DNA of 64,000 bases from NCBI GenBank assembly GCA_951406725.2, contig OX597820.1, positions 4,774,001 to 4,838,000 on the forward strand, given 5' to 3'. Below the pieces are notes generated by a model. It worked only from the letters and a program-made list of their open reading frames with translations, did no database searches and was not told where the DNA came from. The number at the start of each line of letters is the position of its first letter. Position 1 is the first letter of the stretch. This DNA comes from Octopus vulgaris (lineage: Eukaryota). Shown one piece after another: positions 12,495 through 26,120 of this stretch. Both the position numbers and the translations under genes were made by a program.

Positions 12495-13687
12495 ATGTTT
12501 TCTTTTAGTGTTGTTCCAGGCGACCTTAAATCATCGGAGTTGAGAGTTGTTTGCCAAAATGTCTCCTGGTGTCGGTGGTTTGGTAATTTTTGATCGAATT
12601 CTACCAAGTATCGTTTCAATGCTATTGCCTTCTTCGAATTCTTTCGGGATAATTTTGAATCAAGTAGGATTAGATAAGTTTTTTTTTATAAAATAAACTT
12701 TGGCTGCAATGTTAAGAAATATAAGCTCCCTTCTTCCCTCTCTTTCTGTGGGCATGAGTGTATGTGTAAAGATATATGTATATACACGTGTCTGTGTATT
12801 TATATGTATGTGTGTGTAAATATATACATGTGTCTGTGTGTTAGCTAATTAAAAAAAAAACCTCAGAAAACAGAACGACACGAACCTTTTGGGAGGAAAT
12901 CTTCTGCATTGTGTGTGTCAGCGCTTTCGTTGTTCAGTTACTCAAACACACGAGTTTATATATAGATTCAAATACCGAAACAGCGTGTATAAGAATAAAT
13001 TGAGAATAAGGTCTCAAATTGTAAACAGTTTGTGTCGTATATTTAGTATATTTAACCTGGCTGAAAACAAACTTCGCTCGCGGTTAAGCTATGTTGCTTT
13101 TATCAATGGAGAGAAAAAGTTCCAGATGATTAATCGGTCGGTCAGTTCCGACTTTTGTTCAAGTCGAAACTAATCAATGACAATCAAGATTCAATTCTTT
13201 ACACCAGGCAGGTAGGTGTATCGATACGAGACTCAATTCTAGGGTTAATTAAAACACACAACCCGTTGTGTATCGCTAATTAAATATGGTCGTACCTGAT
13301 CACATGATTAACATAAAGGAATGCTCACCAATCATTCCACTCACTCTGCCAATCCTGTGGTTCTATAACGCGATCCATTTCCACAGCATCTCCACAAACA
13401 TGCGCTGATCACGAAGGTCCGGTCATACAGTACAACGCTTGTATCAACGACTCTATGGAAGTGATATATACACACACGCACACGTCCAGGCCACCAGCCC
13501 TCTTTCACACGCGCATACATACTCTCTTTTACACACACACACCTTCGTGTTGGGGGTCAGCTTTACTTTGTTATCTCCCCTACTTCTTCCCTCTCGTGTG
13601 TGACCCTTCTGTCTGGCAGCCGCCATGATTGATCGTTAGCCACTACACACATTTTTTTTCTCTCCTTGTTTTTTTCTGTGTCCCTTC

Positions 13688-13720
13688 CTGTAGAAGAGTG
13701 TAGGCTCGAAACGTAAAAGA
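13688..13720 (+). ncRNA. Variant minimal hammerhead (short PLE-type family)
   Basis: CUGUAGA-A-GAGU-GUAG-GCUC-GAAACGUA-AAAG; core position A6 is U. Confidence 0.45.
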
Positions 13721-15109
13721 CTTTTTCTATTCCTGCGCGTTATACTAATACATCTGTTTGTTTTCTACACCACCTGTCTTCGTCTTTTGTTTATTTTCGT
13801 AAACTCTCCCTTGATATATATATATATATATATGTATACTGATATGAAGGTCCGACTAAATGGTGCAATAATTCTGTCAATAGCCCTCTATGACGGGTAA
13901 AACATACAAAATGTCTGAGAGGGTGGCCAACAAGCTGGGTATTTCACAACGATTTCAATGGAATATCTTCAAAGTCACTTGTGCTAGAATTACAAAATAA
14001 AAGCTTTCTGCAAAATAAATCGCAACCGGCGCAAAACCTTGTCGCGTTTTGCATCCTGGCATGCGAAGACTGCAGTGACATGTATATACCGGAAGAAAGA
14101 AGCAGGGATAAAGGGACAGGTCCCTAAATACCTAACAATGAACATTCCAGGACGTCGGATCTTCAATAAATGTATGAGGGGGTAGTGGGACACGAGTGGA
14201 AAGTTCTGCGGCGGATTGACCAGGCTGGACTTGGAAGGACCTACCTCTAGGTTTAGCTAATAACACACACACATATGCATGCACACACACATGCACACAC
14301 ATATATACACACACACACACACACACATGCATGCACACACATATACACACACGCATGTTCTTCTATAAATGTTTGAATGGATACGGTGTATTACATTTCA
14401 TGCAGAAAATACCAAATGGTCACAGACTACTAAAAGTACTTTCAGCTCAAGATGCTACCTTAAAAAAAATGTTAAACACCCAACATTCAACAATCATAAA
14501 GAGAAGATGAAGAAGTGAGAGTTAGAGAGATGGAGAAATGGTTCATTAATCTTGAAAAGCAGATAAAAGTGCAGCGTAATAAACGGAAGTTGTAAGTCAA
14601 ATATGAAGAAAGGGGGGAAAGAAAGGGAGAGATAAAGAGAGAGAGAGAGAGAGAGAGATGAGGGGAGAGAGAGGGAGAGATGTAGAAACTGAGAAGAGTC
14701 AAAGAAAAGCTTCTTACATGCTTAATTTCCACCTCTATCATTACGGTAAGCTTTTTTTTTTACGTCAATCTAACGGTAGGTTAACAGAAAATTAGTTTAC
14801 CAATACACCTATGACAGCAAGTAGTTTTAGAGCCTACAGTGCAACAAAACCACCACCACCACCACCACCACTACTACCACCACCGCAACCACCACCTTTT
14901 ATTAGTGCCATTCTCATTATAAGGAAGGTACACACGTGAAGAATAAATTAAAAAGTAAAGGGACTGGTTCTTTCCTTGATGTTTGACATATATTGTTCCA
15001 GTATTTGTGGAAAAAGAACAACACAATCGTCTCCAGCCATCATCATCATCATCATCATTATCCCCATCCCCATCCACTGCTGCCATCGTCACCATAGCAG
15101 CAATAACAG

Positions 15110-15542
15110 TGGTTTCAAATTTCGACTTCAAGCCCGCAATTTTCATTACATCGACGAACCCAAGTACGCAACTGCTGCGCCATTTTATAGAACCGGAAAG
15201 GATGAAAAGCAAAGCTGACTGCGAAGCGATTTGAACTCAGAACACCAAGAGATGGAAGAGATGCTTTTCAGCATCTTCTCCGACGCGCTAACGACTGCCA
15301 TCTTGGCATCGAAACAACGACAAAAATAAAAATGATTTCTGATTTAGGCAACAACTTTGAGGGGAGGGGGAGTTTAGTCTATTTCGTCGTCCTCAGTACT
15401 TCACTGGTACTTTGTATTATCGACCACGGAAGGATGAAATCACAGTTGACATCTGCGAGATTTGAACTCAGAGCGTAAGGACGTACAAAATGGCGCTAAG
15501 CATTTTGCTGCTGTGCTAACAATTCTGCCAACTCATCGCCTT
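15110..15542 (-). mobile_element. Two old SINE family A copies
   Basis: Diverged aaggatgaaa...atttgaactcaga motifs at ~15200 and ~15430. Confidence 0.7.
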
Positions 15543-15544
15543 TC

Positions 15545-15595
15545 ATAATAATAATAATAATGATAATAATAATAATAATAATGATAATAATAATA

Positions 15596-15673
<78 letters not shown>
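15545..15673. repeat. (TAA)n microsatellite
   Basis: Direct reading. Confidence 0.95.
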
Positions 15674-15675
<2 letters not shown>

Positions 15676-15684
15676 TACAACAAC

Positions 15685-16021
15685 AACAAGAGCATTCAGG
15701 GAGCGCAAACCTCTGCCTGGGCAACACCAACGAACTCTCAAAATTTAGCCAGAGATGATTTTTAAAATGAGAATATCTGAAATAAACTCGACTGCTCTCA
15801 CAAACGAATATACTAAAAATGAACCCGACCGCTCTTAAAAATTAAGTAAAAATATCGGAAAAATAATTCAGAACTCTTGTTCGGTACCGGATCGATCCTA
15901 AAAACTAATCAGTTCGTGCCAGTTACGAAGCCAAGCATTCCTGAAAGTTTCATCCGAATCCATCCGGCGGTTTTTGAGATATCTTGTCCACGGACAAACA
16001 AACAAACGAAGGCGGAGGTAA
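15685..16021. mobile_element. Helentron-associated (HINE/DINE-1-like) non-autonomous element
   Basis: Begins acaagagcattcagggagcgcaaacctctgcc and ends (acaa)n...ggcggaggtaa: inverted subterminal motif plus tetranucleotide repeat. Confidence 0.6.
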
Positions 16022-16022
16022 T

Positions 16023-17125
16023 AATCCTTTCTACGATAGACACAAGGCCTGAAATTTTTGGGGAGGGGACTAGTTGATTACATTGACCCCAGTGCGAAAC
16101 TGGTACTTAACTTATCAACCACAAAAGGATGAAAGGCAAAGTCGACCTCGGCGGAATTTGAACTCAGAATCCTAGCGACGGGCGAAATACCTATTTCTAT
16201 TTCTTTACTACCCACAAGGGGCTAAACACAGAGGAGACAAACGGATTAAGTCGATTGTATCGACCCCAGTGCGTAACTGGTACTTATTTAATCGACACCG
16301 AAAGGATGAAAGGCAAAGTCGACCTCGGCGGAATTTGAACTCAGAATCCTAGCGACGGGCGAAATACCTATTTCTATTTCTTTACTACCCACAAGGGGCT
16401 AAACACAGAGGAGACAAACGGATTAAGTCGATTATATCGACCCCAGTGCGTAACTGGTACTTATTTAATCGACACCGAAAGGATGAAAGGCAAAGTCGAC
16501 CTCGGCGGAATTTGAACTCAGAACCCTAGCGACGGGCGAAATACCTATTTCTATTTCTTTACTGCCCACAAGGGGCTAAACACAGAGGAGACAAACAAGG
16601 ACAGACAAACGGATTAAGTCGATTATATCGACCCCAGTACATAACTGGTACTTATTTAATCGACCCCGAAAGGATGAAAGGCAAAGTCGACCCCGGCGGA
16701 ATTTGAACTCAGGACCCTAGCGACGAGCGAAATACCTATTTCTTTACTACCCACAAGGGGCTAAACACAGAGGAGACAAACGGATTAAGTCGATTATATC
16801 GATTCCAGTGCGTAACTGGTACTTATTTAATCGACCCCGAAAGGATGAAAGGCAAAGTCGACCTCGGCGGAATTTGAACTCAGAACCCTAGCGACGGGCG
16901 AAATACCTATTTCTTTACTACCCACAAGGGGCTAAACACAGAGGAGACAAACGGATTAAGTCGATTATATCGATCCCAGTGCGTAACTGGTACTTATTTA
17001 ATCGACCCCGAAAGGATGAAAGGCAAAGTTGACCCCGGCGGAATTTGAACTCAGAACCCTAGCGACGGGCGAAATACCGCTCAGCATTTCGCCTGGCAGG
17101 TGAGCTAACGATTCTGTGAGCTCGT
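16023..17125 (-). mobile_element. SINE family A head-to-tail multimer (~6 units of ~175-195 bp)
   Basis: Six near-identical repeats of ggatgaaaggcaaagtcgacctcggcggaatttgaactcagaa. Confidence 0.92.
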
Positions 17126-17346
17126 CAATAATTACAAGAATAAGCGATACGTCTGTACGACGTGACGCATTTATTAGTTTAACAGAAGGAGCCTTTAATA
17201 GTATGTAGGCACTTTAATAACTCGCCAGGCAGTAGTGAATTCCTTAGCCATTAAGGAACATTAAATGCAAATATACGTACATGAATGACACTCTACATAC
17301 ACGTATACATATATAAATGCATACACACACACATATATATATATAA

Positions 17347-17843
17347 CTAGCAGTATTGCCCGGCGTTGCTCGGGTTTGTAAGGGAAATAACTATATAAGC
17401 ATTTTTAGAGAGTTATAGCCATAAAGTAGCAAAATAATGCATTAAAAATGGAAAACAAATTATGGTAAATTTTTTTTTAAATCGTTGACTCATCGTAGAC
17501 ATTTTTAGAGAGTTACTTCCCTTATATAATAGCGAAAAAATGCATTAAAATGGATTAAAATTATGGTAATTTTTTTTTAAATCGTAGACTCATCGTAGAC
17601 ATTTTTAGAGAGTTACTTCCCTTATATAATAGCGAAAAAAATGCATTAAAATGGAAAAAAATGATGGTAAATATTTTTTTAATCGTAGACTCATCGCAGA
17701 CGCGCGCTAATACCCAGAAGGGCTCGATATGAATCACGACTATAAGATACCCGGTTTTGGTTAAACTGCACCGCAAAATGTGGGAGTAGTTAGGAATCTA
17801 AATCGTAGGAGACAGACACACAACCTTACTTTTATACATATAA
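17347..17843 (-). mobile_element. Non-autonomous Helitron
   Basis: Minus-strand 3' hairpin cccgagcaacgccggg followed by CTAG end at 17347; internal ~84-bp duplication. Confidence 0.8.
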
Positions 17844-18344
17844 CTAGCAGTATCGCCCGGCGTTGCTCGGATTTGTAAGGGAAATAACTATATAAGCATT
17901 TTTAGAGAGTTACTTCCCTTATAAATTCGGGCTTTCTTAGCCATTTTTGTTTTGGTGTCTTTAAGCCATGAAGTCGTTGTTCTAAAAGAACGCTGGTCTC
18001 CTTGACAACGCTTTACGACGTTGATTTCTTTACACTCCCTTCCCCACAGCTTCACGAGGGAGAGAAGGGGGAGAAGCAAACACAGGTGCAGCTGTGAGCG
18101 TGGACGCCAACTCCGCCGCCATCGACACACGATGCATTTTATGCATTAAAATGGAATAAAAAATGATGTTAAATTATTTTTAAAATCGTAGACTCATCGT
18201 TGACGCGCGCTAATAGTCAGACGGGATCGATATGAATCACGACTATAAGATACCCGAATTTGGTTAAACTGCACCGCAAAATGTGGGAGTAAGGAATTTA
18301 AATCGTAGGAGACAGACACACAACTTCACTTTTATATATATAGA
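17844..18344 (-). mobile_element. Non-autonomous Helitron (tandem sister copy)
   Basis: 5' a|TCtatatatataaaag at 18344; 3' hairpin and CTAG at 17844; shares both ends with 17347-17843. Confidence 0.85.
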
Positions 18345-18630
18345 TTACACGCATAAATTTATATATACCAGAACATATCCACACAAATTCACCAATACTT
18401 CTCCATTCGTGTTTTAATCTTGATTTCTTATTTGTCTCCCTTAGCTTTCTTGATTAAGTTTTTCGTTAAATCAGATTTTCTTTTCTTGTTCATTACGACA
18501 GTAATTATGATTTAAAACTATTTACAGTCATTACATTAATCATGTTAAACTCCCACTTAACTATTTGGACTTCATGCAGAAAACATCCCTGTAAAATTTA
18601 CTGCGTGCATCCTTAAGTGTGTATATGTGT

Positions 18631-18680
<50 letters not shown>

Positions 18681-18796
18681 TTCTCTCTCTTTTTCTCTTT
18701 TACTTGTTTCAGTCATTTGACTGCGGCCATGCTGGAGCACCGCCTTTAATCGAGCAACTCGACCCCAGGACTTATTCTATATATATATATATATAT

Positions 18797-19422
18797 ACAA
18801 GGGGCTAAACACAGAGGAGACAAACGGATTAAGTCGATTATATCGATCCCAGTGCGTAACTGGTACTTATTTAATCGACCCCGAAAGGATGAAAGGCAAA
18901 GTCGACCTCGGCGGAATTTGAACTCAGAACCCTAGCGACGGGCGAAATACCTATTTCTTTACTACCCACAAGGGGCTAAACACAGAGGAGACAAACAGAT
19001 TAAGTCGATTATATCGATCCCAGTGCGTAACTGGTACTTATTTAATCGACCCCGAAAGGATGAAAGGCAAAGTCGACCTCGGCGGAATTTGAACTTAGAA
19101 TCCTAGCGACGGGCGAAATACCTATTTCTATTTCTTTACTACCCACAAGGGGCTAAACACAGAGGGGACAAACAAGGACAGACAAATGGATTAAGTCGAT
19201 TATATCGATCCCAGTGCGTAACTGGTACTTATTTAATCGACACCGAAAGGATGAAAGGCAAAATCGACCTCGGCGGAATTTGAACTCAGAACCCTAGCGA
19301 CGGGCGAAATACCGCTCAGCATTTCGCCTGGCAGGTGAGCTAACGATTCTGTGAGCTCGTCAATAATTACAAGAATAAGCGATACGTCTGTACGACGTGA
19401 CGCATTTATTAGTTTAACAGAA
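18797..19422 (-). repeat. SINE A multimer plus unique flank duplicated from ~16750-17186
   Basis: Same diagnostic head (cctggcaggtgagctaac) and flank gctcgtcaataattacaagaataagcgatacgtctgtacgacgtgacgc at both loci. Confidence 0.85.
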
Positions 19423-19497
19423 CCCTAGCTGGATATTGACACACTATCTGTGCCCTGTAAAAGTAAACGTATGAACAGAGCAAATTCAATATATATG

Positions 19498-19716
19498 ATT
19501 CTTTATTGCCCACAAGGGGCTAAACATAGAGGGGACAAACAAGGACAGACAAACGGATTAAGTCGATTACATCGACCCCAGTGCGTAACTGGTACTTAAT
19601 TTATCGACCCCGAAAGGATGAAAGGCAAAATCGACCTCGGCGGAATTTGAACTCAGAACGCAACGACAGACGCAATACCGCTAAGCATTTCGCCCGGCGT
19701 GCTAACGTTTCTGCCA
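19498..19716 (-). mobile_element. SINE family A monomer
   Basis: Full head-to-tail match to family A. Confidence 0.85.
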
Positions 19717-20639
19717 TATATATATAAGTGTGACACGATAGGCGATAGGTTTGTATGTGTGTGTGTGTATCATCAGAGGATTTGCGAAGAGATACGAAAG
19801 AATGAGAATAAACATTATGTCAGTCACAGAACAAGGAATGACTGAGTGTGGCATTCGGTAGAATTTGGAGAGAAAATAGGTTTGAGTCCTCTGGGAGGCT
19901 GGCTACTTCATTATCTCGATAGGTTTGTACTGAAAGCCAGAGAGAAACGCAAATTTCCTAGGGACATACATATGTTCCCCTAGAATTGTGTAAACACGGC
20001 ACAAACACAGTTTCATCTCATCCCATCTCTCTCTCTCTCTCTCTGTCTCTCCCATCTTCATCGATATATCATTGGTCGCTTCACCGTCTGATATACAAAT
20101 ATTTACACGCATATATGCATACACACACACACACATATATATATATATATGCATACATACATATATAATAAATCTCTGAGCGAGGTATAAACAGTAGCCG
20201 CCGCACGGCAACGTGAAGTATATTTGCCACCTTTATACATAAGCCACATTTTGGCTAACCCTAAGGGTTGATGCTACTGTAGCTTGTAGCCCCAGGAAGA
20301 CATCTCCTCCAGCTGACTATTGACACACTATCTATGTCCTGTAAAAGTAAACGTACGAACAGAGCAAATTCAACTACTTACTACCCAACAGATTGAAAAA
20401 ATTATATAAGCACCAATAAACTTGTGTGTGTGTGCGTAATATATATATAAATACAAAATGGGACAAGAACGCAAAACATCCAGAAGACGATACAAAAAAC
20501 ACGGACGGGTCATTCGCAGCCTTTAATCTTCAGTCAAGAACCGGATCATCCTCACAATTTCAGCTTTCTTGTCCCATTTTGTATATATATATATAGCGGC
20601 GTACGTACATTTTGTTTCTCTCTCTCTCTCTCTCTCTGA

Positions 20640-20681
<42 letters not shown>

Positions 20682-21237
20682 TGTCTTCTGGAAGTGTTTA
20701 TTTTCACTTACCAAATGTGTAAACAAACGGTTCTCCCCCACCACCCCTCACCGTTTTGGGTTCAACAATTCAAACCATTTAACTTCCCGATTTTTAGAAT
20801 GTCTTGCAGCTCTTTATTGTTCCTGCAATCGTAAACATCCACAAACTCTATGAGTTATAAACTGTGGAACCGCCTAAGCAAGTATGGTACGCACTGGTAT
20901 ATTGTGTAATAGTACCTGGTATGGAAGGTGTTGTCACGGTTAGAAAGTCTTTGATCATATGTCTGCTTGATCAGGGTTGACCCTTGGTTAAACAGCAACC
21001 ATTAAATTAAAGACGAAATGGTAGAAATTGTGGAGATACAGATATGAGGCAGAAGAGGAAGAGTAGAAACTACCAGTGAGTCTGAAGGGGAGTGTGTTAT
21101 AGTGCGCGTGTGTGTGTATGGGGGGGGTCTGTGTAAGTGAGTGTGTAGATGTGTGTGTGTGTATGTATGTGTGTGTATGCTTAAGTGATTGTATGTATGT
21201 GTGTATGTAGTTATAAGAGGATGCGTGTATATATATG

Positions 21238-21470
21238 TATTTCTTTACTACCCACAAGGGGCCAAACATAGAGGGGACAAACAAGGACAGACAAAGGGAT
21301 TAAGTCGATTACATCGACCCCAGTGCGAAATTGGTACTTTATTTATCGACCCCGAAAGGATGAAAGGCAAAGTCGACCTCGGCGGAATTTGAACTCACAA
21401 CGTAACGACAGGCGAAATACCGCTTAGCATTTCGCCCGGCGTGCTAACGTTTCTGCCATCTCCCCGCCTT
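21238..21470 (-). mobile_element. SINE family A monomer
   Basis: Full head-to-tail match to family A. Confidence 0.88.
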
Positions 21471-21476
21471 AACATG

Positions 21477-21517
<41 letters not shown>

Positions 21518-22627
21518 GTGTGTGTGTATGTTTGTGTATGTATGTATGGCGTCTGTGTTGTGTGTACATGTGTGTTCGTGTGTGTATGTATATGCTACTT
21601 ATGTGTGTATATATGTACGTGTGTCTGTAATTCTTTCTCTCATGTGATGGCGTAATTTTCTGGTGGAGAAGATTTTCCGCTCAGCTAGGTGGCAGCACCG
21701 TCCACTTCCAATTAACTTAAACACAATGGATTCAGCAGGAAAGCTACAGTGGAGAGGAGTGGACCCTCTCCCATCCATCCACCCCTTTCTAAGATGTTAT
21801 ACTATCCCCCTACACCCGCACCAAAAGTCTAACACCGTTTTTTGTCATTAGAAATTCTGACGTGCTGGTTGTTGTTAAACACCAGGAAGCCTGCTGGGAG
21901 TCCCCCCCCTCACCATAATCCCTTGGTGGCGTGTTGGTTAATCCATAGACACCGCTGCTTAACGCCCCTACTGAGCTGAGGATCAAACTGTACTACTCTG
22001 ACATACAGCAGTTTGCTGTACACTGTGTTCTTGTTTAGCCCAAGGTCGGTTCTAATCGATCAATCAGACGTTCCAATCATGACCACTCCGTCCCGTTTAT
22101 TTCCTTTTGTAAAACAGTGCAATGTGTTCTCGGGAAGATTTTGGTTGTTATTTTCAGCATATCGAGTCCCATCCTTGGCAACGTTATACCGTGTGTAACG
22201 GGGTGGTCATCAAAGATCGGACTGTCTTTGGTACCCCTATAAATTAAGGTAGTCACAGGTGAGGTCAGGTGTAGTAATAGTAGTTCTGTTTCACTAAACA
22301 TTGGTTGCGTGCACCTCGGTAAAGGGATGGCTGTTGGGAGATAAAGGTTATCGACAATGATGGAAGCGATGGCCAGGGCGATACCGATGGCAATGGCGAC
22401 AATGGTGATCATGCCGATGATGATGATGATGATGATGAGTATGAGGGTAACGATGATGATGGTGATGCTGTTTTCAAGCTTGCATATCTTTTCGAGATCT
22501 ACCATTCTGGGGCCGAGGCTGGTGTTGTGGTAGCCATCTGTGATATCGTAATTGCTTCGCTAGAGTACTATGGTAGCGGTCAAGGGTAGTATATTAACGA
22601 TGTAGGGTGGCGAACATGTCTCTGGAC

Positions 22628-22880
<253 letters not shown>

Positions 22881-24469
22881 GTGTGTGTTTTGAGAGGATA
22901 GTAATGTTGTAACGTTAGAAAAGTGTTGAGAAGTGTTGTAACGGCATTGTGGTGTGTTGTTATATTTTGCAGTGTGCTGTTGTTGTTGTAGTATTGTGAT
23001 GCGGTGGTGTTGTGTGATGTGATTGTCATGTTGTAGTGCTTTTGTGGTTGCGCAATGCTGTAGGATGTTGGAGATAAGTCAAATTGTTTCTTTATGTCGG
23101 GTGTTTATAGAATTTATTGCAACAAGAAGTGTCAGAGTTTACAGATGCAAAATACTTCTGCTTCTACCCCGGGTGACCTACCCATCGGACATTGAGACGC
23201 TAGAGTTTACAGTGAAGTTGCCCTAAAACTATGCTCCCTATCTCACGGTTTGCCTCCCCTACTCTTCATCCATCCACCCATGCCTACCATGTTTGGTTTT
23301 TGGGAGACGAGAAAACTATACCATCGTCTCAACTGACCGGTTCCCACGTCTTAATTACCAAATGGCAATTAACACCATCTTCGTATGACAAGGGGAGATA
23401 ATCTTACGGATCAAAAATTCTCCAAAGCTGACATGACATCAAAGAAAAAGACCGGCTTATTGTCTGGAGATAAAAGAACGGTCGGGGGTCCATTCAATCT
23501 ACTGCTTATTTATATAAATGTTTATCAATCTGATTATTTATCTACCTCTCCGTCCATCATTCTACCTACCTATCACCCCATGCCTGTCTGTCTGTCTGTC
23601 TCTATCTTCCTCTCTCTTCACCCATCCATTCACCCATCCAACCATTTATAGCTGAATGTTACTCGCAAAAAAACTTCTCATCAATCTCAGGAGCCGTGCA
23701 TTCCAGTCGGTGCCAAAGAATAGATGGAATATTATTTGAAATTCTGTAGAGGACATATCGAAGTCAAGTTCACCTATCGTCTGCTGGGTGACGTCATCCG
23801 CTGACAACTCGATTGAAACGGGCCGTCAGCACCCCATACAACTTGCCATTCATCTTCAACCTTCTTTAGAAACCCCTTGTTTTGGTTAATCCCTCTCCTG
23901 ACCTTTTATTTTACCATTTTATTTTCAGATTTCTACGCAACATATAATGCCATTCCTCACTTCGCATACACATATTCTTACAAGACCCACAATTGCCTGG
24001 AAACTATCAAGTTTCTGTCATTAGTTACATTCTCAAAGAACTTTCTACTTGATTCCAAAAGTCAAAGTTCACGAGAAACATTCTGGATAGCAATAACGAA
24101 ATCCCCTCCTCCGCTCCACATATCCATGAAAGCTGATCTTCTATAGTATTACCATTATTATTTAATGGGGCTCTTCCTATAACTAAAATACCATTTTGAT
24201 AACGATACATGCCCGCCTTTATCTGAGATGTGTGATGTACGGCCGCCGCCGATGTTTGCAGGTAAACTCCCCGCTTCTAGTTAATTCATCACCTTTTACT
24301 ATAGCTCAAATGCACACACATACACACACACACAATTTTCTCCTTTATGTCGGGTTATAATAATAATAGTATTTGCCATGATAGATCGCTATCTATCATT
24401 CGCCATGATAGATTGCTAGCCACTAAACCATTTTTGATTTTCTCCCCTTGTTTCTTTCTGTGTTCCTTT

Positions 24470-24502
24470 CTGTCGAAGTGCGTAGGCTGGAAACGTAAAA
24501 GA
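24470..24502 (+). ncRNA. Degenerate minimal hammerhead (short PLE-type family)
   Basis: CUGUCGA-A-GUGC-GUAG-GCUG-GAAACGUA-AAAG; flanks homologous to 13620-13810 and 25260-25420. Confidence 0.4.
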
Positions 24503-24596
24503 CTTTCTCACTTCCCGAGCGTTAAACTAATACATCTGTTTGTTGCTTACACATCCGTCTTCGTCTTTTGTAAATTCTCACTATAATAATAATAAT

Positions 24597-24960
24597 CATC
24601 CTATCCACTAAAGGCACAAAGCCAGAGATTTTGGGGTGAGCGAACTGGTCGATTACATAAGTGGTACTTATTTTATCGACTGCGAGAAGATGAAAGGTAA
24701 AGTCGAACTCGGTAGCATTTAAAGGCGGACGAAATACCGCTAAGCATTTCGACCGGCATGCTAACTATTCTGCCAGCTCGCCCCCCCCTTAAATAATAAT
24801 CCTTTCTACTAAAGGCACAAGGCCTGAAATTTTTATGGAGGCGGCTAGTCGATTACATCGACCCCAGTGTTTCACTGGTACTTAATTTATCAACCTCGAA
24901 AGGATGAAAGGCAAAGTCGAACTCGGTGGCTTTGAACTCAGAACGTAAAGACGGACGGAA
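24597..24960 (-). mobile_element. Two SINE family A copies
   Basis: gatgaaagg..aaagtcgaactcggt motifs at ~24690 and ~24905. Confidence 0.8.
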
Positions 24961-24962
24961 TA

Positions 24963-25164
24963 CAATAATCCCTCGCCATATCGCGGTTTATTACTTAAGC
25001 ATACGTCGATTCCTCTGCGGTGTTGTTTAGCATTTCTAATAACAAAAATACATAGATTATAAAAATAATTAAAAAAATTATACAGTATTGTTTCTACTTC
25101 GCGGATTTTCACCTATCGCGGTGGGGTTTGAAACGTAACACCCGCGATAGTCGAGGGATTACTG
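24963..25164. mobile_element. Tigger/Tc1-type MITE
   Basis: TIRs caataatccctcgccatatcgcgg / ccgcgatagtcgagggattactg with TA flanks. Confidence 0.8.
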
Positions 25165-25295
25165 TATATAACGATAACTATTTATGACAATTACTCTATA
25201 TAACAATAAGAGTCGAATGGAATAATTGCCGAGCACGTACAATCAGGAACTCAACACGTTCTTTTTATTCTCTCTCTATTTATTTCCTCTTGTTC

Positions 25296-25331
25296 CTTTC
25301 TGATGAAGAGCGTAAGCTCGAAACGTAAAAG
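25296..25331 (+). ncRNA. Minimal type I hammerhead ribozyme, intact core
   Basis: cuuu-CUGAUGA-A-GAGC-GUAA-GCUC-GAAAC-GUA-aaag: stem I cuuu/aaag, GNRA-capped stem II, palindromic ACGU stem III, GUA cleavage site. Confidence 0.7.
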
Positions 25332-25904
25332 ACTTTTCTATTTTTCCCGAGCATCAAACTAATACACTTGCTTGTTGTTCCTACACCTGTCTACGTCTTT
25401 TGGTTTTCTGTAAATTTCAACTATATGTACGTACGTACATACATAGATACATATATATATATATACACTCACACACACACGCTTTTATAATCGCTTGCAT
25501 ACATATATTAAAGTGTTTGTGTGTATACACACACACATGCACGCACACACACATGTATATTTATGTGTTTATGTGTGTGTGTGTGTGTGTGTAAGCACAT
25601 TTTCTGTATTTCTTGTGGTGTATATTTTACCCTTTCACGCCCGCGCACGATATTTTCATTAAACTCATTATTTACCCTGCTAACGAGCTTTTAATTAGAT
25701 TCATATTACCCTCTCTCTCTCACTATGACCCGTTTGCGAAGACCGGATTGCCCAGACTACGAACTACTTCCACTTTCTCTCTCCCTGAATGCAGCCCTTT
25801 TCCCACTCCCCGTCTCGTACACATAACTGATTGGAAAGTGGTGGCCGTCTCATAACCTCTATCTTCGATACACACCCTCCTCCTCTTCCACCTCCCACTA
25901 CTGT

Positions 25905-26120
25905 TTCTATATTCTTATTTCTTTATTGTCCACAAGGGGCTAAACATAGAGGGGACAAACAAGGACAGACAAAGGGATTAAGTCGATCACATCGACCCCA
26001 GTGCGTAACTGGTACTTATTTAATCGACCCCGAAAGGATGAAAGGCAAAGTCGACCTCGGCGGAATTTGAACTCAGAACGTAAAGACAGACAAAATACCG
26101 CTAAGCATTTCGCCCGGCAT
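25905..26120 (-). mobile_element. SINE family A monomer
   Basis: Match to family A body and tail. Confidence 0.85.

Noticed and set aside
16023-17125. Regular repeat array resembling CRISPR or a tRNA cluster
   Set aside because: Units are ~180-bp SINE monomers without unique spacers or a full cloverleaf, and the context is eukaryotic
23801-23827. ctgacaa...gaaacgggccgtc hammerhead-like motif
   Set aside because: G8 is mutated and stems I and II do not form; at best a dead relic
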